Source of the DNA: an uncultured Alphaproteobacteria bacterium | GTDB lineage: Bacteria > Pseudomonadota > Alphaproteobacteria > ATCC43930 > CGMCC-115725 | Direction of reading: 5' to 3' | Assembly (NCBI GenBank): GCA_963775875.1 | Contig: CAVZKP010000031.1 | Coordinates: 29,720 to 93,719 of the forward strand | DNA length: 64,000 nucleotides | Shown: positions 38,555 to 48,447 of the stretch, one piece after another | How positions within the stretch are numbered: the stretch's first letter is position 1 | How the letters are laid out: each line of letters begins with the position of its first letter | Program-made: the position numbers and the translations under genes | Notes under the pieces: generated by a model | Database searches by the model: none | Seen by the model: the letters and a program-made list of their open reading frames with translations, nothing else | What the model was told of the DNA's origin: nothing

Positions 38555-39424
38555 ATGGCGGGGCTCGATGCGGTGCTCGAGACCACGGCGGCGGAACGGC
38601 CGGCCACCGGGTTTGTCTTTACCGAGGGGCCGTTGTGGCACCCCGACGGCTTCTATTATTTCGCCGATGTGCGCGCCAGCATGTTCTACCGGCTGCGGCT
38701 CGGCCAGATGCCGGAAACGCTCCGCAGCAATACCGGCGAAGGCAATGGCACGACCTTCGACCTGCAGGGCCGCCTGGTGATCTGCGAGGGCGGCAACCGC
38801 CGGCTCACCCGCTGGTCCGACGACACCCACAGCGAAATCCTGATCGACCGCTACGAGGGCAAGCGGATCAACCGCCCGAACGACGTGGTCTGCAAATCGG
38901 ATGGCAGCATCTGGTTCACCGACCCCGGGCTGCGGGTGCCGCTGGCCGACAAGGAATTGGCGAATTCCGGGGTTTACGCGGTCAGTCCCGACGGCGCGAG
39001 CCGTCTCGTCGCCGAGTTCGAATATCCGAACGGGCTCGCCTTTTCGCCCGACGAGCGGGTGCTCTACGTCGCCAACACCCGTCACGCCCAATACATTCAT
39101 GCGATCGATCTCGACAGCGCCGGCAACATGGTCAAGCGGCGCATCTTCGCCGACATGTCGTCGGAGGAGACCGACGGCGTTCCCGACGGCATGAAGGTCG
39201 ACCAGCAGGGTCATGTCTATTGCACCGGCCCCGGCGGGACCTGGGTGTTCGCGCCCGACGGCAGCAAAATGGGGGTGATCCGCACGCCCGAGGTTCCGGC
39301 CAATCTCGCCTTTGGCGGCCCCGATCTGAAGACGATCTTTTTCACCGCGCGGACTTCGGTCTACACCTTGCGCGCCAAGGTGCCGGGCCAGCCGCACCCG
39401 TGGTACCGCCTGCGCGCGAAGTGA
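38555..39424 (+). CDS. SMP-30/gluconolactonase/LRE-family lactonase (paralog 2)
   Basis: TEGPLWHPDGFYYFADV...GNGTTFDLQGRLVICEGGNRRLTR...INRPNDVVCKSDGSIWFTDP...PNGLAFSPDERVLYVA.T...PDGMKVDQQGHVY......NLAFGGPDLKTIFFTA. ATG 38555 lies 6 nt after GGAGGG; ATG 38540 is the alternative. Confidence 0.85.
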   Translation: MAGLDAVLETTAAERPATGFVFTEGPLWHPDGFYYFADVRASMFYRLRLGQMPETLRSNTGEGNGTTFDLQGRLVICEGGNRRLTRWSDDTHSEILIDRYEGKRINRPNDVVCKSDGSIWFTDPGLRVPLADKELANSGVYAVSPDGASRLVAEFEYPNGLAFSPDERVLYVANTRHAQYIHAIDLDSAGNMVKRRIFADMSSEETDGVPDGMKVDQQGHVYCTGPGGTWVFAPDGSKMGVIRTPEVPANLAFGGPDLKTIFFTARTSVYTLRAKVPGQPHPWYRLRAK

Positions 39425-39440
39425 GCAGAGGAGAGCCCTG

Positions 39441-40580
39441 ATGAAAGTCGGCATCGCTCTTAACATGCTGTCCGAACCCGGCCGCACCGATGTCGCGGTG
39501 GTGTCGGATCATCTGGCGATGGGCGATCTGGCCGAGCCGCTCGGCTTCGACTCGCTGTTCGCGCTCGAGCATCATTTCACCGGCTATGCGATGTCGCCGG
39601 CGCCGCTCCAGCTACTGGCCTATTTCGCCGGCCGCACCAAGCGGATCATTTTCGGCACCTCGGTCATCGTCCTGCCGTGGCACGACCCGATCCGCGTCGC
39701 CGAGGAGATCGCGCTCCTCGACATCTTGTGCGGCGGGCGCTGCCTGTTCGGCTTTGGCCGCGGTGCCGCGAGCGTCGAATATGCCGGCTTTCGCATACCG
39801 ATGGGCGAGGCGCGGCCGCGCTTTGCCGAGGCCGCGCAGCTGATCCGCAAGGCGCTCAGCGAGCCCGAATTCGAGTGGCAGGGCGAGTTCTACCAGATCC
39901 CGCGCACCTCGATCCGGCCGCGCCCGATCTCGCATCCCGAACAGCGCTTTTTCGCCTCCTCGGTCAGCCCCGAATCGGCCGAGATCATGGCCAAGCTCGG
40001 CTTCGGCATCCTGGTGGTGATGCAGAACGAATGGCCCAAGGCCGCCGAGAACATCGTCGCCTATCGCGACATCGCGCTCAGCGTCGGCCACAACCCGCCG
40101 CCGCCGATCATCCTGACCAATGTCTCCTGCGCCGACAGCCGCGGCGAGGCAAATGACCGGGCGATGCAATGGCTCGGCAAGAAATGGGAGTCGATCGACA
40201 ACCACTACCATTTCTCCGATGGCCATCTCGCCACGGTCAAAGGCTACGAGACCTATGGCAAGATGGCCAAGACCTATGCCCGGCTGCAAGACGACGCGGA
40301 ACGGGTCCGGGCGACCGAGTTCTATGTCAAGATCCAGATCGTCGGCACCCCCGAGGACTGCATCGAGCAGATCGCCGAATTGCAGCGGGTGACCGGCACC
40401 GACCATCTGGTGACCGAATTCTCCTATGGCGGCATCCCGCATCACGAGGCCGAGCGGAACATGCGCCTGTTCGCCGACCGGGTATTGCCGGTCTTGCAGC
40501 GCGACAGCACCTTTGCCGCCCCTCCGTCGCCCGCGGCGCCGCAGAATATCGCCGCGCCCGATTTGTTCGCCCCGGCCTAG
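39441..40580 (+). CDS. LLM-class (luciferase-like) flavin-dependent oxidoreductase
   Basis: MKVGIALNM...LGFDSLFALEHHFTGYAMSPAPLQLLAYFAGRTKRIIFGTSVIVLPWHDPIRVAEEIALLDILCGGRCLFGFGRG is the bacterial-luciferase fold signature. 379 aa. Confidence 0.85.
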   Translation: MKVGIALNMLSEPGRTDVAVVSDHLAMGDLAEPLGFDSLFALEHHFTGYAMSPAPLQLLAYFAGRTKRIIFGTSVIVLPWHDPIRVAEEIALLDILCGGRCLFGFGRGAASVEYAGFRIPMGEARPRFAEAAQLIRKALSEPEFEWQGEFYQIPRTSIRPRPISHPEQRFFASSVSPESAEIMAKLGFGILVVMQNEWPKAAENIVAYRDIALSVGHNPPPPIILTNVSCADSRGEANDRAMQWLGKKWESIDNHYHFSDGHLATVKGYETYGKMAKTYARLQDDAERVRATEFYVKIQIVGTPEDCIEQIAELQRVTGTDHLVTEFSYGGIPHHEAERNMRLFADRVLPVLQRDSTFAAPPSPAAPQNIAAPDLFAPA

Positions 40581-40794
40581 GACGCGGTTGCGCCATCGCG
40601 GCGCTCCGCCATCGGCGCGCCGGTCAACGCGGCGGCGGCTGCTCCGCGAACAAAGACGTGAGCAAGTGACTGCTCTCGACCGCGCCCGGGGTAGCCGCGG
40701 GACCGTTGCGTGACGCTTGCGGCGAGGCGGGCGAAGCGGATCTATTGGTTCCGGTCCCGCTTCAAGGCAGCCCGCGGCTGTCGGAGGTCCAGCG

Positions 40795-41869
40795 ATGAAG
40801 GTCTCGTATTTCGAAACCGCGCGCTATCGAGCGCCGGGGAAGCTTCCGCCCGAATGGCCGGTGCCGCCCGCGGCGTACGATCTCGACGCCGGCGCCGAGG
40901 CTTATCGCGGCATGGTCGAGCGGCTGCAGCATGTCGAGCGCTTGGGTTTCGACTGGATCAGTGTCTCCGAGCACCACTATTCCCCGCGGCGGCTGACGCC
41001 GGCCCCGATCGTTGTGGCCTCGCATCTGGCGGCGCACTCGACCAGGATCAAGATCGCCGTGCTCGGCCCGATCGTCTCGCAAGGCAATCCGGTGCAGATC
41101 GCCGAGGAACTGGCGATGCTCGACAATCTGATGCCGGGCCGTCTGGTGGTGGGCTTGCTGCGCGGGACGACCGGCGAATACCTGACCTATGGCCTCAACC
41201 CCGAAGAGGCGCGCGATCGCACCACCGAAGGCATGGAGCTGATCCTGAAGGCCTGGACCGAGCCGCAGCCATTCGGCTGGCAGGGCCGCCATTTCCAGTT
41301 CCGCACCGTCGCGGTCTGGCCGCGACCGTCGCAGCAGCCCTATCCGCCGACCTACGCGCTCGGCACCAGCCGCGAATCCTGCGAATTCGCCGCCCGACAC
41401 CATCTCGGCCTTGGTCTCTCCTATGCCCCGTTCGAGATCATCGCCAGGGCGACCGGGTACTACCGGGCAGCCTGTGCGCGCCACGGTTGGCAGCCGGAAG
41501 CGGAACAGATCGTCTACCGCGCCAACATCCTGCTTGCCGAAACCGATGAACAGGCCGAGGCGGCGCTAAAGGAACCGCAGACCCACTCGCCGCTGCCGAT
41601 GCCCGCTGGCGTCCGCGACGCGCTGATCCGGCTCGATTCCCGCAACGTCGCCGGCGAGGCCCAGGACCCCCAATGTCGGCGGCGCCTTGCCGACGAGCTT
41701 CTTCGGCAGCCCCCAGACCGTCATCGGCCAGATCGAGCGCTGCCGCGAGCAGGCCGGTGTCGGCGTGCTCGACCTGTTCTTCCAGACCGTCGATGCCGAT
41801 CCGGCCAGCCTGATCAGCACGCTCGAACTGTTCGGCGAGAAGGTCCTGCCGCGGATTCGCGAGGTGTAG
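40795..41869 (+). pseudogene. LLM-class flavin-dependent oxidoreductase, tandem paralog A, one frameshift as assembled
   Basis: MKVSYFETARY...LGFDWISVSEHHYSPRRLTPAPIVVASHLAAHSTRIKIAVLGPIV...GRLVVGLLRG... runs in one frame to ...DSRNVAGEA. It then continues in another frame: PNVGGALPTSFFGSPQTVIGQIERCREQAGVGVLDLFF...LFGEKVLPRIREV*. The junction is at 41666-41671 (C5 run). The shift is what fuses it into the 785-aa ORF in the track. Confidence 0.85.
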
Positions 41870-41991
41870 CCGCGGGCCCGTTCCGTGAGGCTTGCGGCGA
41901 GGCGGGCGGACGGGATTTTATTGGTTCAGGCGCCGATCAAGGCGCATCGGGGGCGGCCGCCGCGCCGCCCGCCGGTGTCGGAGGTCCAGCG

Positions 41992-43074
41992 ATGAAGGTC
42001 TCGTATTTCGAAACCGGGCGCTACACCGCGCCGCATCCCGTGCCGTCGCAATGGCCGGCGCCGGCTGGAGCCTATGACCCGGAGGCCGGGGCAAAGGCCT
42101 TTCGCGACATGATCGAACGCGTCGAATTTGTCGAGGCGCTCGGCTTCGACTGGGTCAGCGTGTCCGAACACCATTACTCGCCGCGCATCCTGACCCCGGC
42201 GCCGGCGGTGTCCGGCGCCTACATCGCCGCGCGTCTGAAACGGATAACGGTCGCGCTGCTCGGGCCGATCGTGCCGCAGAGCAACCCGGTACGCGTCGCC
42301 GAGGAATTGGCGACCCTCGACAACGTCGCCCAGGGCCGTCTCGTCGTCGGATTGTTGCGCGGGACGCCGAACGAATGCCTGACCTTCGACCTCAACCCCG
42401 CCGAGGCGCGCGAACGCACCGATGAGGGCATGGAACTGATCCTCAAGGCGTGGACCGAGCCGCAGCCCTTTGGCTGGCAGGGCCGCCACTATCAGTTTCG
42501 CAGCGTCTCGGTGTGGCCGCGTCCGCTGCAGCAGCCGCACCCGCCGACCTACGCGCTCGGCACCAGCCGCGAATGCTGCGAGTTCGCCGCCCGCCACCAT
42601 GTCGGCCTCGGCGTCTCGTTCGCGCCGTTCGACGTGATGCGCAAATCGACCCAGTACTACCGCGATCAATGCACCCGCTATGGCTGGCAGCCGACGCCCG
42701 AGCAGATTCTCTATCGCGCCAACATCATCATCGCCGAGACCGACGCCGAAGCCGACCAATTGCTGCAGAAACAACGCAGCGGCGGGGCGGCGGCGTTCCC
42801 GATGCGGCAGGGCGTGCGCGAGGCGCTGATCAAGCTCGACAGCCGCAACATCGCCGGCGAAGCGCGCGCCCCCAATGTCGGCGGCATCTTGCCGACGACG
42901 TTCGTCGGCGGCCCGGACACGGTCGTCGAACAGGTCAGGCGCTGCCGCGAGGAGATGGGGGCCGGCGTGCTCGACCTCGCCTTCCAGAACCCCGGCGCCG
43001 CCGATCTGACCGATTTGATGCACTCGCTCGAACTGTTTGGTAAGCAGGTGCTGCCGCGCATTCGCGAGGTTTGA
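41992..43074 (+). CDS. LLM-class flavin-dependent oxidoreductase, tandem paralog B (intact)
   Basis: MKVSYFETGRY...LGFDWVSVSEHHYSPRILTPAPAVSGAYIAARLKRITVALLGPIV...GRLVVGLLRG...LFGKQVLPRIREV*. It is colinear with paralog A along its whole length. Confidence 0.88.
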   Translation: MKVSYFETGRYTAPHPVPSQWPAPAGAYDPEAGAKAFRDMIERVEFVEALGFDWVSVSEHHYSPRILTPAPAVSGAYIAARLKRITVALLGPIVPQSNPVRVAEELATLDNVAQGRLVVGLLRGTPNECLTFDLNPAEARERTDEGMELILKAWTEPQPFGWQGRHYQFRSVSVWPRPLQQPHPPTYALGTSRECCEFAARHHVGLGVSFAPFDVMRKSTQYYRDQCTRYGWQPTPEQILYRANIIIAETDAEADQLLQKQRSGGAAAFPMRQGVREALIKLDSRNIAGEARAPNVGGILPTTFVGGPDTVVEQVRRCREEMGAGVLDLAFQNPGAADLTDLMHSLELFGKQVLPRIREV

Positions 43075-43211
43075 GACCCCGGTGGGGAGGCCTCGTTACC
43101 GACTATTCGATGGTTCCGGCCGGGCTTGCGCCGGGGCTCGATCCAGGGGGTCCGCCGGGCAAAGCCGATCCGCCAACTCGCCGAATGTTGCATCAGAAGG
43201 GGACCGCGACC

Positions 43212-44039
43212 GTGGCACAGGCAGCAGACAAATTGACATCGGCGCCCCCCGGCGCGGGGTTTCGCGAAGGGCATGTCGAGGCGGACGGTTTTCGCATCCG
43301 CTATCTGGAGGCCGGACAGGGACCGGTGCTGGTGCATCTGCATGGCGCCGGCGGGCTGCGACTGTCGCGCGGACACGATTTGTTGAGCCGCCATTTCCGG
43401 GTCATCGCCTTCGAGATGCCGGGCTTTGGCGCGTCGGCGGAGAACACCCGCTCGCCGGATATGCCGGCGCTGGCGGCGACGATGGCCGAGGCGGTCGCCA
43501 ATCTGGGCATCGACCGGTTCAACCTGATGGGCACCTCGTTCGGCGGCAAAACCGCGCTGTGGCTGGCCGTGCAGCAGCCGCAGCGGGTTCTGGCGCTGGT
43601 GCTCGAAGCGCCGGCGGCGATCCGGCCGAAGGGGGCGCAGGCGCCTTCGGGCTCGCCCGAGGAGATGGCGCGCCGGCTTTTCGCCCACCCCGAACGGGTG
43701 GCGCCGCTGCCCGCGCAGGACCCGGAAGTGCGCGCCAAGGTCGCTCGCCTGGTACAGCGGCTGCGCGGCCCCGACCGCGACCCGGACCTCGAGCGCCGGC
43801 TGGGCGAACTGGCCACCCCGACCCTCGTCCTGTTCGGCACGCTCGACGCGGTCATCCCGCCGGAGATGGGGCATTTCTACAAAGAGCTGATGCCGAATTG
43901 CCACCTGGTCTTTGTTTACGATGCCGGCCACGCGATCAGCACCGACCGGCCGGAGGCGTTCACCGAGGTCGCGGCGGATTTCCTCGAGCGCCACGAAGCC
44001 TTTGTCATCAGCCGCACGCCGACGGTGATCAACCCCTGA
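43212..44039 (+). CDS. alpha/beta-fold hydrolase
   Basis: VLVHLHGAGG (oxyanion HG), LMGTSFGGKTAL (G-x-S-x-G nucleophile elbow), ...LFGTLDAVIP... and YDAGHA (catalytic His). Start candidates are GTG 43212 (after GAAGGGGA) and ATG 43185 or 43110. Confidence 0.8.
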   Translation: MAQAADKLTSAPPGAGFREGHVEADGFRIRYLEAGQGPVLVHLHGAGGLRLSRGHDLLSRHFRVIAFEMPGFGASAENTRSPDMPALAATMAEAVANLGIDRFNLMGTSFGGKTALWLAVQQPQRVLALVLEAPAAIRPKGAQAPSGSPEEMARRLFAHPERVAPLPAQDPEVRAKVARLVQRLRGPDRDPDLERRLGELATPTLVLFGTLDAVIPPEMGHFYKELMPNCHLVFVYDAGHAISTDRPEAFTEVAADFLERHEAFVISRTPTVINP

Positions 44040-44133
44040 GGCGGCGCGGACCGCGTCCGGATCGTATGAGGCAATCGAGGCCGCGCCGCGCTAGGATCGC
44101 CGCGATGCGGGCCGAGATGGGAGGATCTTGCAA

Positions 44134-44997
44134 ATGTCCGGGGAAGCTCTCGACGCAAACGCGGCGCAGCGCCGCTATTGGAACACCGTTGCCGGGCCGC
44201 GCTGGGTTGCCAGCCCGGGGTTCAGGGAGCGGCGCAACCAGCAGAGCCTCGCCATGTTGCTGGCGCGCCTGGGCGTCGCCGGCGGCGAGAGCGTGCTCGA
44301 AATCGGCTGCGGCACCGGCGCCTTGACCCTGCCGCTCGCCGCCGCGGTCGGCGAGCAAGGCCGGGTCGTCGCGGTCGACATCTCCGAGCCGATGCTCGGC
44401 GCCGCGCGCCGTCGGGTCGATGAGGGTGGGCTGCGCAATGTCACCTTGCTGCTCGGCGACGCCCAGGTGTTCCCGCTCGAGCCGGCCGGCTTCGATCTCG
44501 CGACTTCGCGCATGGGCGTCATGTTCTTCGCCGACCCGGTGGCGGCTTTTCGCAACATCGGCGGCGCGCTGAAGCCCGGCGGGCGTCTGGTCTTCGCCTG
44601 TTGGGGGCCGCTCGCGGAGAACCGGCACTGGCTGATTGCCCACGACATCGCGCTGCGCCATCTGGGACCGCCGGCGCCGCAGCCCGCGCACGAGCCGAGC
44701 CCGCTCGCCTTTGCCGACCCCGATTATCTCCGCGCAGTTCTAAGCGCGGCCGGGTTCGCCGCGATCACGGTCGAGCGGGCCCATCCGATGATCGTCTGCG
44801 GCGCCCCCGAGGAAGAAGCGCGCCAGGCATTGGCCATGGGACCGACCGCCAGGCTGATCGAGGAGAAGCAGCCCGCCGAAGCGATCCGCCAGACAATCGC
44901 CGGCGAGATCGAAGCGGCGTTCGCCGCCGAGGTCAGCGCCGGCGAGATCCGGCTGCCCACGACGATCTTTCTGGTCGCCGCGCACCGCCCGCACTAG
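44134..44997 (+). CDS. class I SAM-dependent methyltransferase
   Basis: VLEIGCGTGALTLPLA (motif I), VVAVDISEPML and LKPGGRLVF. ATG 44134 lies 9 nt after GGGAGGA. Confidence 0.8.
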   Translation: MSGEALDANAAQRRYWNTVAGPRWVASPGFRERRNQQSLAMLLARLGVAGGESVLEIGCGTGALTLPLAAAVGEQGRVVAVDISEPMLGAARRRVDEGGLRNVTLLLGDAQVFPLEPAGFDLATSRMGVMFFADPVAAFRNIGGALKPGGRLVFACWGPLAENRHWLIAHDIALRHLGPPAPQPAHEPSPLAFADPDYLRAVLSAAGFAAITVERAHPMIVCGAPEEEARQALAMGPTARLIEEKQPAEAIRQTIAGEIEAAFAAEVSAGEIRLPTTIFLVAAHRPH

Positions 44998-45015
44998 CCG
45001 GCCGGGCGGCGCGGC

Positions 45016-46080
45016 TCAATCCAGCAGCCACGGCGCGGCGCAGGCCTGGGCGATCTGGCGGATCTGGCTCATCAGGCCGGCGCCGACCGGGATGCCTTCG
45101 CGCATCCGCACGGCCGCGTAATGCCATTGCGGATCGCCCGCGACCATGACCGGCTGCGCCGGATCGACCGGTTTCGTCGCCCGCAGATCGTCGCAGAAAC
45201 GGGTCACATCGGCGGTGAAATCCTCCCGGTCGCGGAACAGGCCCGGGTCGATCGCGATGAAGCAATGGCCGATATCGTTGCCCTGCGGCTTCTTCCCGGC
45301 CATCGGGTCGGTGATCAGGGTCGAGCCCGACAGGCAGGCGCCGAGGATGTTGACCATCACCGCCAGCCCGTAGCCCTTGTAACTGGAGCCATCCGGCGAA
45401 CCGCCGAGCGAAGTCAGGAAACCACCCTTCTCACGCGCTACCTCGGGGTCGGTGCTGGGCTGCCCGTCTTTGTCCAATACCCAGCCGGGCGGACAAGGCA
45501 GCCCCTCATTGGCCTTGTTGCGAATGCGGCCGGCGGCCACCGTCGTTGTCGCCATATCGAGCAGAAAGGGCGGCCCGTTTGCCGATGGCGCGGCGAAGGA
45601 CCACGGATCGGTGCCGAGCTTCGCCTCCTTGCCGAAGGTCGGCGCCACCTGGATGCTGGAGGCGCTGGTGCAGGCCATGCCGATCAGCCCTTCCTTTGCC
45701 GCCATCAAGGTGTAGTAGCCGGTGGCGCCGAAATGGGCCGAGTTGCGCACCGCGGCGATCGCGATGCCGGCTTGCTTGGCCTTGTCGATCGCGACCTGCA
45801 TGCCGAAACGCGCCGGCACATGGCCGAGCCCGCCATCGCCGTCGACCAATGCCGAGACCGGCGTTTCCTTGATGATGCGCGGCTGTGCGTTCATGTTCGC
45901 GCGCCCGCTGCGGCGCAGCCGGTCATAGCCCGGGATCATCGACATGCCATGGCTGTCGACGCCGTGCAGATCCGCCCAGGACAGGATGTCGGCAGTCGTT
46001 TCCGCATTGTCTTCCGCCATCCCCCACGCCAGCAGGATGGCTTTGAGTTGGGCGCGATGGGTTTCATAGGGTGCAGGCAT
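45016..46080 (-). CDS. Ldh2-family oxidoreductase (malate/L-lactate/sulfolactate dehydrogenase type 2)
   Basis: ADLHGVDSHGMSMIPGY...VDGDGGLGHV......IAAVRNSAHFGATGYY...GLIGMACTSAS..VAPTFG.EAKLGTDPWSFAAP...LDMATT.VA.G.I......G...P.GW..D.DG.PT.DP. 354 aa. Confidence 0.85.
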   Translation of the reverse strand: MPAPYETHRAQLKAILLAWGMAEDNAETTADILSWADLHGVDSHGMSMIPGYDRLRRSGRANMNAQPRIIKETPVSALVDGDGGLGHVPARFGMQVAIDKAKQAGIAIAAVRNSAHFGATGYYTLMAAKEGLIGMACTSASSIQVAPTFGKEAKLGTDPWSFAAPSANGPPFLLDMATTTVAAGRIRNKANEGLPCPPGWVLDKDGQPSTDPEVAREKGGFLTSLGGSPDGSSYKGYGLAVMVNILGACLSGSTLITDPMAGKKPQGNDIGHCFIAIDPGLFRDREDFTADVTRFCDDLRATKPVDPAQPVMVAGDPQWHYAAVRMREGIPVGAGLMSQIRQIAQACAAPWLLD

Positions 46081-46125
46081 CGGGGTCTCCGTTAGACAGC
46101 GGGCGAAGCGGGCGCGACCCGCCGG

Positions 46126-47209
46126 TCAGGGCGCCGTGATTCGGTACACCCGCGCCGCGGTGCCGCTGTAAAGCGCCTTCTTTTCGGCCGCCGACGCGCC
46201 GGCGGTAATGCGCTTGAACGCATTCCACAGCTCGCTGTAGCCGCCCGACTGCTTGTCCGGCGGAAAGTTGCTCTCGAACATGCAGCGGTCCGGCGCCGAA
46301 GGCTTCGATGCAGGGCTCGATATACTGGCGCCACGCCGCGGCCAGGTCTTCGGAGGATGGCGGCATATCGCGCTCGTGAAAGTCAAAGCCGAACGAGGTC
46401 ATCCCGACCCCGCCGAGCTTGACGTTGACGTTCGGGCATCTGGCCAGTTCGCCGATGTCCTTCTTCCAGCCGGCGAGGATCTCCGGCCGATGGCCGGCAT
46501 AGGGGCCGACGCCGAGCACGCCGCCGACATGATTGAGGATGATCGTGGTGTCGGGAAAGGCGCGGGCCAGATCGATCGCATCCGGCAATTGCGGATGATA
46601 CTGCCAGGATTCGAAACTGAGGCCGAGCGGAGCCAACTGGGCAAAGCCCTCGCGGAATTTGGGCTCGCGCACCAGATGCGGCGGCACTTCGCGAGTGGCG
46701 AATTTCTGGATTGCCTCGTTCGGGTCCCAGGATACGCCGTGGCGGATGCCGCGGAACCGCCCGCCGCCAAGCTTGATCTCGGCCTCCAGCACCTCGCGCA
46801 CCGGCGCGCCGAGGGTCAAATCGGCATGGCCGACGATCGCCTCGGCGACGCGGCAGGGGCCGTAACCGCCGGACGCGCTCATCGCCGCGATGCCGTTGAC
46901 GAATTCGACCTCGCCGACCGGCATCATCGCCGCCGGCCCGTCCTTGCGGTACATCGAGCGGCATTCGAGAAAAACCGTCGAGACGATGTTGTGCCCGCCG
47001 CCGCCGGGTCCGGCGCCGATATCGGCCAGCAATTCGGGCAGCAGATATCGCCCGCGCTGCGGCGTGTCCCAGAAATGATGATGCGGGTCGATGATCGGCA
47101 GTTCCGGTTCCAGCGCCGCCTCCCGCGGCCGCTTCTTGAGCCACGCCTCGAGATCGGCCGGGTTGCGGTGGGCAAGCCCCGGATATTGGCCCCTGGCATC
47201 CTCGGTCAT
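46126..47209 (-). pseudogene. amidohydrolase-2 family metal-dependent hydrolase, one frameshift as assembled
   Basis: PIIDPHHHFWD (HxH metal motif), ...IILNHVGG... and ...VNVKLGG... run in one frame to ...CIEAFGA. The sequence then continues DRCMFESNFPPDKQSGGYSELWNAFKRI...AARVYRI in ORF 46126..46386. An extra G lies near 46290. Confidence 0.8.
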
Positions 47210-47521
47210 AACTTTTCCTCCCCAGTATTTTCGCCGGAGTGAGGCCCACTATGCCACACCGCGACCGCGCGCGGCGCGACTCTTGCGGCGGCATTCCCGG
47301 TTGCGCGTCGTCGATCCCGGCTTAGCGTTCGGCCGATGCCTCGCCGCCCGTCAGGCCTGCCGCGGCGGCGCCACAGACGCAGTGGCTCAAAGGACGAGGG
47401 CCCTCGGTGGCACTCCAAAGGGTAGCGACCGGCGCACGGTTCTGAAACAGTGTGCGGCACAGGCGGTATCGAGATGCGGGATGCGGGTTCCGCTTCGAAC
47501 CTCGCCAGGGGAGATGGAAGC

Positions 47522-48274
47522 ATGGGCAAGCTTGAAGGGAAGGTCGCGCTGGTCACCGGATCGGGGCGCAATATCGGCCGTGCGACGGTGCTGAAACTGG
47601 CCGGTGAAGGCGCGCATGTTGTGGTCAACGCGCGCGCCAATCAGCAGGAGGCTGAGGCCGTCGCGCGCGAGGCCCGGGATCTCGGGGTCAAGGCCGTCCC
47701 GGTTCTCGCCGATATCGGCAAAAAGGCCGAGGTCGAGGCGCTGGCCGCCAAAGCGCTGTCCGAGTTCGGCCGGGTCGACATCCTGGTCAACAATGCCGCA
47801 ATCCGGCCGCATAAGCCGTTCACCGAAACCACCGACGCGGATTGGGAGTTGATCCGGAATGTGGTTCTGGATGGTCCGCTCTACCTGACGCGGGCGCTGA
47901 TCGAGCCGATGGTCAAGAATCACTACGGGCGCATTCTGTTCTTTGTCGGCGACGGCTCGATTTCCGCCAGCGGCAGCGGCCGCACCCATTTATCTGCGGC
48001 CAAGATGGGGCTGATCGGCATGGCGCGCGGGCTCGCCTCGGAATTCGCGCCGCATAACATCCGGGTTAATGTCGTGTCGCCGGGCAGCATCGATACGCGG
48101 CGCGATCATCCCGAGTGGTATCACGGTCGGCTGCCGAATGCTGCCGGCGTCCCGCTCGGCCGGCAAGGCAGCGTCGATGAGATCGCCGCGACCTGCCTGT
48201 TCCTGGTCAGCGAGGATGGCGGCTTCATCACCGGCCAGACGATCCATGTCAATGGCGGCGCGCACTATTACTGA
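47522..48274 (+). CDS. SDR-family oxidoreductase (FabG-like)
   Basis: MGKLEGKVALVTGSGRNIGRA, NNAAI, S...AAKMG (a YxxxK-equivalent region) and ITGQTIHVNGG. ATG 47522. Confidence 0.85.
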   Translation: MGKLEGKVALVTGSGRNIGRATVLKLAGEGAHVVVNARANQQEAEAVAREARDLGVKAVPVLADIGKKAEVEALAAKALSEFGRVDILVNNAAIRPHKPFTETTDADWELIRNVVLDGPLYLTRALIEPMVKNHYGRILFFVGDGSISASGSGRTHLSAAKMGLIGMARGLASEFAPHNIRVNVVSPGSIDTRRDHPEWYHGRLPNAAGVPLGRQGSVDEIAATCLFLVSEDGGFITGQTIHVNGGAHYY

Positions 48275-48447
48275 TTTGGCGCCGACCGCCTCGATCGGGC
48301 CAGTGCAACTGGCTCGAGCGGGGGCGCCCCGCTGCTGCCGCTCGGCCAACACGCGCTGCGCGGCATCGCCGCACCCTGCGCCGTCTTCACTCGGCCGGAT
48401 GCGTGAGCGGCTCGTCGCCGGCGGAGCCGCGCGGCCTATCTGCCGGT

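Noticed and set aside
40717-43074. 785-aa ORF suggesting a giant fused LLM protein
   Set aside because: It contains two complete LLM units, each starting MKVSYFET. The apparent read-through arises because a frameshift near 41666-41671 bypasses the first unit's stop (TAG 41867-41869). That unit's true C-terminus is readable in ORF 41687-41869.
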